Origin: Ignavibacteria bacterium | Lineage (GTDB): Bacteria > Bacteroidota > Ignavibacteria > Kapaibacteriales > Kapaibacteriaceae | NCBI GenBank assembly: GCA_046300675.1 | Contig: JBKCLO010000193.1 | Coordinates: 3,359-67,358 of the forward strand | DNA length: 64,000 nucleotides | Direction of reading: 5' to 3' | Shown here: in pieces, positions 9,112 through 16,323 of the stretch | Numbering within the stretch: position 1 is the first letter of the stretch | Layout: every line of letters begins with the position of its first letter | The notes under the pieces: generated by a model | The model's database searches: none | What the model saw: only the letters and a program-made list of their open reading frames with translations | What the model was told of the DNA's origin: nothing | Position numbers and translations under genes: made by a program

Positions 9112-10543
9112 GCGGGTAGCCTTTGCCATAGCGGAGATCTTCGCGATGGAATAGCCTGTCGTAAAGGCTTGCACCGATGCCAATGTACAGTGCCTTGAAG
9201 TTGGGATCTGCTGCCGTTGGCTTACCATATCGGTCGTTAACAAACGAATAACCCTGACCATCGAGTCCAGGAATTGATGACCCTGTGTTTCCCTGCACGT
9301 ATCCTGCAACAAGCTGCAGACTAAGCTGATCGCTGAGCGCAATTGCCGTCTTTATCCCGATGTGGGCAAATGATGAGGGGGCATATGCAACCTCGAAAAA
9401 CGGCTCGATGCGCAGATCCCGACGAAATGGAAACCAGTGATAGGTAAAGCGTATTGGAAGAACAGCTATGCCATACTCTGATGGACCAAGCATGAGAGCT
9501 TCAACCAACGACGTACCGACCGAGAGATGATAGTTCCATACTGGCAGCGCCAAATCTGCCGTAGCAAATCGCAGCGTCCCACCTTTGATGATCGGTGCTG
9601 CATCCCCTGTAAGTTGAGGAGATAAGAATGAGCGTTCGGCATCGCTGCCCGCGAACGTAAAGTCGAGCGCGCCGATCTCCCAAGCCGAATGTTCGTGATA
9701 CTTCCATTCTGTCTCTGTTTCTTCTTCGCGATTAAGAAAATCGAGAGTTGAGATACCGATCCCGAAGTATGGGAAGTCAATGGCGTTGTATGTTGTCGTG
9801 CGCGTGCGCCTGTCTCTCTGGAATGTCCCACCAAATGCATAGCCAACATATGCGCGCAGGTTCATTCCGCCGATGCTGCCAAGATCTGCAGAAACACTTG
9901 TGTTAACGTACTGATCTGGGAATGCGGCTAGCGATATCGATGGACGTATGGCAAAGTATGGGATCTTCTTTCGGTAATAGAATCGCTTGGATAGAGTTAC
10001 AACCCCCATTCCAGAGAGGTTGTGGTTTGCATCAGCATTAATGCTTTCGTATGCCGTAACGCCCCATGTCCAGTCGGGTGAATTCCCAAACAAAGGCAGC
10101 TTCCATTCAGCAATGCCGATGCGATAGATATGGCCATCAAACACTTGTGCTGTCGAATCGCTGTCGTTGCCGAACAACAGATCATTGATATCGTAGAACA
10201 GTCCGAATGTGCCACGGTTTGTGCTGCCAGACCCGCTGATGGACGAACCAATTGTGCTGATTCCTTCAAACAATCCGAGCCTGATAAATGCTGGATACTC
10301 ACGTACTGTTACGCTGTCGTATCGCGAGATGTCGCGGTCCTTGGTCTCTGTGGTAGTCGATGGAAAGATGATGCCGTTGTCGCGCTCGCCCGGCGCATTG
10401 CGAACTCGGGTGGTCACCGTGGTGTCCAGTTGGAGCTTTGTATAGACGTCACGCTCGACACGAGTAATGTTTCCGCAGCCTTCCAGCAATACCATTGCAA
10501 AGAGTGCCCCGAGAATCAACAACAGCTGCGTGGAGTGTTTCAT
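9104..10543 (-). CDS. hypothetical lipoprotein (479 aa), aromatic/Gly-rich, possibly a beta-barrel
   Basis: Start at ATG 10543 gives MKHSTQLLLILGALFAMVLLEGC, a signal peptide with a Cys. It forms an ATGA overlap with the FAH stop. The 129 upstream codons in the track ORF overlap the FAH gene. No family recognised. Confidence 0.6.
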   Translation of the reverse strand: MKHSTQLLLILGALFAMVLLEGCGNITRVERDVYTKLQLDTTVTTRVRNAPGERDNGIIFPSTTTETKDRDISRYDSVTVREYPAFIRLGLFEGISTIGSSISGSGSTNRGTFGLFYDINDLLFGNDSDSTAQVFDGHIYRIGIAEWKLPLFGNSPDWTWGVTAYESINADANHNLSGMGVVTLSKRFYYRKKIPYFAIRPSISLAAFPDQYVNTSVSADLGSIGGMNLRAYVGYAFGGTFQRDRRTRTTTYNAIDFPYFGIGISTLDFLNREEETETEWKYHEHSAWEIGALDFTFAGSDAERSFLSPQLTGDAAPIIKGGTLRFATADLALPVWNYHLSVGTSLVEALMLGPSEYGIAVLPIRFTYHWFPFRRDLRIEPFFEVAYAPSSFAHIGIKTAIALSDQLSLQLVAGYVQGNTGSSIPGLDGQGYSFVNDRYGKPTAADPNFKALYIGIGASLYDRLFHREDLRYGKGYPHE

Positions 10544-11193
10544 GCGAATCGTGTTGTTAGCGTTACGAGATCGTTCAGTGAAGCCTTGGCTATCTGTCCA
10601 GCACGAACAGGGCCCACGCCCTCGGGAGTTCCAGTAAAGATGCAGTCGCCCGCACGGAGCGTAAAAACGGATGACAGGTAGGCAACAAGCTGCTCTACGG
10701 AGCGCTCCATGAGCCCGGTGCTCGACTGTTGGCGAATCGCTCCGTCGATCAAAAGCTGCAAGTCCCACGGACCTTGCCCACATGCGTGTGAGGGTATCAC
10801 AACTCCACATGGAGCCGAACCAGCCCATGATTTTGCAACTGCCCATGGGTGACCGTTCTTCTTTGCTGCAGACTGGATGTCTCGGGCCGTAAGGTCGATG
10901 CCTACAGTTACTCCAGCGATAAACCTCCAAGCTTCCTCAGCTGTGCATCCATCAGTGTCATGTCCGATAACAACAACAAGTTCTACTTCGTGATGGACGT
11001 CTTGTGAAAACGACGGCAGCGCTACGTCTGCATTATCACGTCTGTATGCTGCAGGGGGCTTGAGAAACACGATTGGGTCTGCCACGATCTCAGCACCCAT
11101 CTCGCGGGCATGAGCGGCATAGTTGCGTCCGATGCAGTACATCGTTCCAACAGGAAGCACTGTGCCGTCGGTGAAATGCCAGGATGTTGTCAT
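10540..11193 (-). CDS. fumarylacetoacetate hydrolase (FAH) family protein
   Basis: Motifs CIGRNYAAHAREMG, HHEVELVVVIG, DLTARDIQ, GHPWAVAKSW and GDCIFTGTPEGVGPV. The size (217 aa) fits the FAHD1/YcgM-like subgroup. Confidence 0.85.
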   Translation of the reverse strand: MTTSWHFTDGTVLPVGTMYCIGRNYAAHAREMGAEIVADPIVFLKPPAAYRRDNADVALPSFSQDVHHEVELVVVIGHDTDGCTAEEAWRFIAGVTVGIDLTARDIQSAAKKNGHPWAVAKSWAGSAPCGVVIPSHACGQGPWDLQLLIDGAIRQQSSTGLMERSVEQLVAYLSSVFTLRAGDCIFTGTPEGVGPVRAGQIAKASLNDLVTLTTRFA

Positions 11194-13364
11194 TGGGACT
11201 TCTTTGTGGTATCTGGTTGACGGAACGGGGCTACCTCTTGCACGGGGTTTGCAATGTCGACATCTGTTGCGACTTCTGTTGAGTCGCGTTCAACGGCAAA
11301 TGTTCTTCTGCGCCAGCGAACAGTTGGGTCATTGTAAACCTTCTGCATTAGTCTTCCCCAAATCGGCGCAGCTGCGCGTCCGCCCTGACCATAGTCGCCG
11401 GTGAAGCGCACACGCATGTCGTCGAAACCAATCCACACGCCACATGCTAGTTGCGGGGTTACGCCAACGAACCATGCGTCGGCAAAGTCGTTCGTTGTGC
11501 CGGTCTTACCTGCTGCGTCGTAACGATAAAACTTCCGAATGCTTGATGCCGTACCGCCATCAACTACGCCGCGCATCATCGAGATCATGTATTCGGACGT
11601 TCGCTGGGAGCATGCCTCATTTGATATCCGCTCGAAAGGCTTCGACTCATAAAGAACGTTGCCCATGCGATCTTCGATCCGCGTAATGAAACCTGATGTT
11701 GAGTGCACGCCCTGATTGGCAAATGTGGCGTAGGCAGAAGTGATCTCAAGGGGCGAGACTTCGCCCGTACCTAGGGCTATAGATGGCACAGCAGATAGTG
11801 GTGATGTGATGCCGAGCTTGCGGCACAGATCAACAACTTGCTGCGGATTTGTATACCCAGTTTCTGTGACGAGTCGCGCGGCAACGCTATTCAATGAGAA
11901 TTTCAACGCACTGCGGAGCGGGATTGGACCGCCCCCTTCGCGGGAGCCTTGTGGGGCCCACACTGTCCCGTCGTCGAGTGCGTAACTAAATGGACCGCTC
12001 TCGACGGTGGTTTCTGGGGTGACGTTCTCGGATGACTCGAGTGCACTGGCATAGACAAACGGTTTGAATGAAGATCCTGGCTGACGTCTGATCTGCGTTG
12101 CATGGTTCAGTGAGTAGCGAGCGGCAGTTTGCAGCTGCATGTTCAGCGGTGATGATCCTACCATGCCCACCACGTTGCCAGTTGATGGTTCGATCACGAC
12201 AAGACCGGATTGGATGATCGTTGCCATACGCTTTACACTGTCGATAAATGTGCGGTTGGCCATCAGCCTTCGTTTGATGGTTTCACGACTGCCCTCAGGC
12301 GTTGTAAGGTAGTCCGGATGACGTCGAATGGCGCGCGTTATGAGTTCATCGAGCAACTCCTGCCGCGATCGCCATGAGAACGAGGCATCGAAGATTCGCT
12401 GGTATTCACGCAGGTGTTCATCGAGAGCCTCGTTTGCGTACTTCTGCACTCGGGAGTCAAGCGTTGTGTAGATCACCAACCCATCGCGGTAGAGATCGTG
12501 TCCGGCCAGTCGTTCCTTCCACACATCATCATTTGTTAGTGTCTGGCGTACCATCTCCACAAAGTGCGGTGCAATGCCTCTGTAGGTGCGGCTTGGCGGC
12601 GCCTTACGCAGAGGCTCTGCAACTGCACCAGTCCACTCATCGTCTGTTAGATATTCCGCATCATGCATCATACCAAGAATCAGATTGCGTCGAACAACAC
12701 CCAGCGAGTCATCTGTTCCATAGCGTTCCGGCGCTTTGAATAGGCCTACCAGATAGGCGCACTCGGATGTAGAGAGCTTCATTGGTTCTTTGTTGAAATA
12801 CGTCAGAGCTGCAACACGCAGTCCGTATGCACCACGTCCGTAGTAGACAGTGTTGGCATACATTTCGAGAATCTCATTCTTGGTATACGCACGCTCGATC
12901 TGAAGTGCTGTCCATGCCTCTCGAATCTTGCGCCAGATGGTCTGCTCTTGTGTAAAGTACAGGTTGCGTGCAAGCTGCTGCGTGATCGTCGAAGCGCCTT
13001 CCTTTGCACGCAATGCGAGGACGTTTTTTACGGCGGCCTTAACGATGCGCATCATGTGAACACCCCAATGGTCGTAAAAGGCCCTGTCCTCTGTAGAAAC
13101 CAAGGCACTGATAAAACCGCGCGGGATAGAATCGAACTCCAGATTCGTTCTGCGCGTGGTGGCATAGAGTTCGAGCATCACGCCGTCTGCGCTGTATACT
13201 CGTGTTGCAAGTTCTTGGGGCGGATTTTCCAACTGCTCAAGTGTTGGCAGGCCGCTGCTCAGTGAATAGACGATCAGTCCAACGAAGACAAGAACCATCG
13301 CTACAATACTGCCTATGGCAACCTTGGCAAAGGTGTTGGGCGAGATTCGATCCAACAGTTTCAT
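11190..13364 (-). CDS. mrcA: class A penicillin-binding protein (PBP1A; glycosyltransferase + transpeptidase)
   Basis: GT51 motifs STEDRAFYDHWGV and GASTITQQLARNLY. Transpeptidase motifs SSFKP (SxxK), SLN and KTGTT. Start placed at ATG 13364 (MKLLDRISPN... followed by a TM helix), which makes an ATGA overlap with the upstream stop. The track start at 13409 is also possible. Confidence 0.9.
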   Translation of the reverse strand: MKLLDRISPNTFAKVAIGSIVAMVLVFVGLIVYSLSSGLPTLEQLENPPQELATRVYSADGVMLELYATTRRTNLEFDSIPRGFISALVSTEDRAFYDHWGVHMMRIVKAAVKNVLALRAKEGASTITQQLARNLYFTQEQTIWRKIREAWTALQIERAYTKNEILEMYANTVYYGRGAYGLRVAALTYFNKEPMKLSTSECAYLVGLFKAPERYGTDDSLGVVRRNLILGMMHDAEYLTDDEWTGAVAEPLRKAPPSRTYRGIAPHFVEMVRQTLTNDDVWKERLAGHDLYRDGLVIYTTLDSRVQKYANEALDEHLREYQRIFDASFSWRSRQELLDELITRAIRRHPDYLTTPEGSRETIKRRLMANRTFIDSVKRMATIIQSGLVVIEPSTGNVVGMVGSSPLNMQLQTAARYSLNHATQIRRQPGSSFKPFVYASALESSENVTPETTVESGPFSYALDDGTVWAPQGSREGGGPIPLRSALKFSLNSVAARLVTETGYTNPQQVVDLCRKLGITSPLSAVPSIALGTGEVSPLEITSAYATFANQGVHSTSGFITRIEDRMGNVLYESKPFERISNEACSQRTSEYMISMMRGVVDGGTASSIRKFYRYDAAGKTGTTNDFADAWFVGVTPQLACGVWIGFDDMRVRFTGDYGQGGRAAAPIWGRLMQKVYNDPTVRWRRRTFAVERDSTEVATDVDIANPVQEVAPFRQPDTTKKSQ

Positions 13365-14983
13365 GAGCTTACCTTCTTCAATTCTACCCGACGGCATCGC
13401 TTGCGCCATGTGTCGATGGATTCATCCGGACGGCGCGGGAGCAATTGCTGTTCGCCTTCGCTTACACCCTGGAGGATATCGCGAGAGACTCCACGCTCGA
13501 CAAGTCTGTCGATCACAAAATTCACACGTTGTTTGCCAAGAACAAGATTCGACTCATCTGTATCTACATCATCTGTGTGGCCGAGGAGCAAGATCTTTGT
13601 GACCTTCTGTGTGCTGGACGAAACGCTGGCCGCTAACTCGTCGAGCTCCTTCTGCCAGGCTCTATCGGTCTCTACGCCGTTCGAGTCCAGCGTTGTTCCA
13701 TATGGATTGGCAAACTCCGACGTGGGGAAGTTGATGCGCAGAACGAATGAGCGCGACAATGCAATTGGTTCAGTTCGTTCAACAACCTGATTGGCGGCCT
13801 TCTCTGGCACCACTACGGTGTATGAGTCGTAGAAGAGCGTATCGGACTGTGCAGTGATCTGCACCGGTGTGCTTACGGGCACGCTTAGCGTGTATGAGCC
13901 CGTGGTATCCGTGCGTGTTTTGGCGTATGTCTGACGAGAGCCTGCGCTTCGTGCAACAACTTCCGCATCAACAACCGGTTGTTGCGTCTGTGAGTTTACA
14001 ACACGACCCGTAAGTCTTGCAAGCGGCTGATTGCCAGACATCTGTTGGAAAGCTACGAACACATCGAAGTCTCGACGTGATGTCTCGCGTCCATTCTTCC
14101 GATTTGATGCCACATAGAAATCAACGCCGTTTGGAGACATCGTCGGAAAGATCTCATCATATGCGGAGTTGATTGGTGGGCCCAGGTTAACGACGCTTGA
14201 TACCAGCAACGAATCCCCATCTTCTTTCAGCTCTGCCGAGAATGCATCGTACCCGCCAAACGTGGTGTGTCCGCTTGAGCTAAACAGCAACATCAGTGAG
14301 GACTGTGGCGCAAATGATGGAGAGATTTCATCGCAGTATGTATTAGCCCCATACAGGGGGCGAGCGACACCAAAACTTCCAGTCTGATCGCGTCGGGCAT
14401 ACCATAGGTCTGTGCTGTTCTTTGAACCAATGCGATTTGATGCAAACACGACCCACCGTTTGGAGGCAGAAACTGTTGGATGCCCGTCCCAGGCCAGGGG
14501 GTCGTTGATCATCGGTAACGTTGTATCGAGGGTGATCTCATCGGAAGCAATTGTGCACAACGCAATTGCGGCATCGGGAATGCCATCTTGATCGATGATC
14601 GTTGAGATAAGGGTCTGGCTGGCATGTCCTTCCCAGGGGACAGAGCTTACCGACGATGGACCAGTCTTTGTGGCCATCGCATACTGCGCGCGCCTCATGT
14701 CTTGGCCGCGAATGATTAAGCAATGCTCATCGTTGTCATCAGCAGAGAGCAGACCAAACTCATCAAGCGGCGTAGAAGCCCCCTGCACTCGTTCAAAGAC
14801 AAAGTACAACACATTGGGAGCCGATGGCTTTGAGGTGTCGAGTCCGCGAATAGATGATGGATCGCTAACGGGAACGGCTGCGCACGTAGGCGGTGGCGGT
14901 GGCGGCGGAGGGGGCTCTGCATGCCGTTTGTAGTATACCGTGTTGCAGGCCTGCAGGATCATGAGTGGAAGCACAACCAACAC
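13361..14983 (-). CDS. OmpA-family lipoprotein with poly-Pro linker, TolB-like PD40 repeats and a CarboxypepD_reg-like domain
   Basis: C-terminal OmpA domain LLLGHTDDVDTDESNLVLGKQRVNFVIDRLVERGV...RRVELKK. PD40-like repeats (DLWYARRD, EISPSFAPQ, EIFPTMSPNG). PPPPPPPPP linker after LPLMILQAC (lipobox). The start is uncertain. The ATG at 15124 would overlap aat by 134 nt, so I place it at GTG 14983; ATG 14962 is an alternative. Confidence 0.7.
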   Translation of the reverse strand: MLVVLPLMILQACNTVYYKRHAEPPPPPPPPPTCAAVPVSDPSSIRGLDTSKPSAPNVLYFVFERVQGASTPLDEFGLLSADDNDEHCLIIRGQDMRRAQYAMATKTGPSSVSSVPWEGHASQTLISTIIDQDGIPDAAIALCTIASDEITLDTTLPMINDPLAWDGHPTVSASKRWVVFASNRIGSKNSTDLWYARRDQTGSFGVARPLYGANTYCDEISPSFAPQSSLMLLFSSSGHTTFGGYDAFSAELKEDGDSLLVSSVVNLGPPINSAYDEIFPTMSPNGVDFYVASNRKNGRETSRRDFDVFVAFQQMSGNQPLARLTGRVVNSQTQQPVVDAEVVARSAGSRQTYAKTRTDTTGSYTLSVPVSTPVQITAQSDTLFYDSYTVVVPEKAANQVVERTEPIALSRSFVLRINFPTSEFANPYGTTLDSNGVETDRAWQKELDELAASVSSSTQKVTKILLLGHTDDVDTDESNLVLGKQRVNFVIDRLVERGVSRDILQGVSEGEQQLLPRRPDESIDTWRKRCRRVELKKVSS

Positions 14984-14990
14984 ACCCAGC

Positions 14991-15560
14991 TTAAAAAGCC
15001 GTGGGATTATGCAGAGCGATTGTAAGGAGCTGTTGGTATCGTGTATCACTGATTTCGACAGCACCAAGTGATGCTGTAAAGTCGTTGATGTATTGTGTAT
15101 CGAGAAGTGTGAAGCCCTTTGCATGAAGGTGCTGGATCAGCCGAACAAAGGCCACCTTCGAAGCATCAGGTTGTAGAGAGAACATCGACTCGCCGAAGAA
15201 TGCACCGCCTATTGAGACACCGTACAAACCACCAACGAGTTCGTTGTTGCGCCATGACTCGATGCTGTGAGCATGACCCATTTCGTGAAGTTGTGAGTAC
15301 GTGCTGATGATCTCATCCGTGATCCAAGTATCTGAGCGCTCGGAGCATCGGAGAATCACCGTATCAAAACTCGCATTAATTGTTGTCTTGTAGGTCTCTT
15401 TCCGTAGTGTTTGACGTAATGACCGCGAAATTCGTACGGCATCCAGCGGAATCACAGCCCGCGGATCCGGGCGATGCCAGAAGATCTGTCCGGCCGAGGG
15501 GTCTCCCATGGGAAAGAAGCCCTGTCTGTAGCCCATGATAACTACCTCTGGAAGAAGCAC
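14991..15560 (-). CDS. aat: leucyl/phenylalanyl-tRNA--protein transferase
   Basis: Motifs GYRQGFFPMG, IFWHRPDPRAVIPLD, HSIESW and LVGGLYGVSIGGAFFGESMF. GTG start immediately follows the trmB stop. Confidence 0.85.
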   Translation of the reverse strand: MLLPEVVIMGYRQGFFPMGDPSAGQIFWHRPDPRAVIPLDAVRISRSLRQTLRKETYKTTINASFDTVILRCSERSDTWITDEIISTYSQLHEMGHAHSIESWRNNELVGGLYGVSIGGAFFGESMFSLQPDASKVAFVRLIQHLHAKGFTLLDTQYINDFTASLGAVEISDTRYQQLLTIALHNPTAF

Positions 15561-16259
15561 TTAGCGCTTCTCCGCATAGTAGCGTACGTAGGGAATTCCC
15601 TTGGCGTCGCAGAACATTTGCTGGTCTGTGGTAAACGGGAACGGCCAGGTGGCATCATCAAGTAGGGGGCTGATCGAGAATAATGCGGAGTCGGACAATA
15701 TCTCTCGCTGGTAGGCATCCACATCTTCCCGGTCAGTAGCCAGGTACAAACGTCCACCCGGAACCAAAACGCGGTGAACCATTTCCAAGAACTCGCCTCC
15801 GAATGCACGTCGCTTATGATGACGTTTTTTCGGCCAGGGGTCGGGGAAAAGGTAGACTGCATACTCGATCGAGTCGGCCGCTATCCAGTCCAGACCATTG
15901 GCCAGCGTGTACCATTCTGCATTGGCATTCGGAAGCTTCTCGCCGGCCACAACACTGTTGATGTACTCGGCTAGAGCCTCGCGTACCTCTATCCCCAAGA
16001 TGTTGATATCTGTATGGGTTAACGCATGTCGAATCAGAAATGCGCCACGTCCGCATCCCAGATCCAGCACCTTCGCCGGCTCTGCGTTGGCAAACCAGGA
16101 GCCCCATTCTGGCTGCTGCCGAAGGGGTGGGTATTGGTGGTGAACAAACCTATGCTGGTGGGCCGGCAAATAGGCTTGGGAATTCACATGGTGGCGCACC
16201 CGTGGGATGGGGTACTTCGACCAGTCGATCTCGGGAGTTTCGGCAGTTCTTCTATCCAT
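15561..16259 (-). CDS. trmB: tRNA (guanine-N7)-methyltransferase
   Basis: SAM motif VLDLGCGRGAFL, NILGIEVR and LFPDPWPKKRHHKRR. Start moved to ATG 16259 (MDRRTAE...), because longer versions would overlap the divergent secD start. Confidence 0.85.
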   Translation of the reverse strand: MDRRTAETPEIDWSKYPIPRVRHHVNSQAYLPAHQHRFVHHQYPPLRQQPEWGSWFANAEPAKVLDLGCGRGAFLIRHALTHTDINILGIEVREALAEYINSVVAGEKLPNANAEWYTLANGLDWIAADSIEYAVYLFPDPWPKKRHHKRRAFGGEFLEMVHRVLVPGGRLYLATDREDVDAYQREILSDSALFSISPLLDDATWPFPFTTDQQMFCDAKGIPYVRYYAEKR

Positions 16260-16267
16260 AGGGTCTA

Positions 16268-16275
16268 CAAAGTTA
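16268..16275 (-). promoter_or_regulatory. putative -7 promoter element TAACTTTG (minus strand) upstream of trmB
   Basis: Reverse complement of caaagtta. Exact TAnnTTTG match ending 8 nt before ATG 16259, which implies a very short or absent leader. Confidence 0.3.
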
Positions 16276-16323
16276 GCATTACGTATATTCGCCGTTCTTC
16301 CGCCACCGATATGTGGGGGTGGA

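Noticed and set aside
10544-10930. N-terminal extensions offered by the ORF track: here 129 codons, and also 9112-9342, 39272-39385, 48061-48165, 16207-16323, 16260-16439, 4544-4642 and 56546-56614.
   Set aside because: The extensions overlap neighbouring well-supported genes or lack homology-like sequence. Internal ATGs are followed immediately by signal peptides, lipoboxes or conserved N-termini, and often create ATGA junctions or sit behind an AGGAG.
14891-14917. G-rich run (cggtggcggtggcggcggagggggc) as a potential G-quadruplex or regulatory element.
   Set aside because: It is simply the complement of the codons for the PPPPPPPPP linker of the OmpA-like protein. There is no evidence for an independent role.
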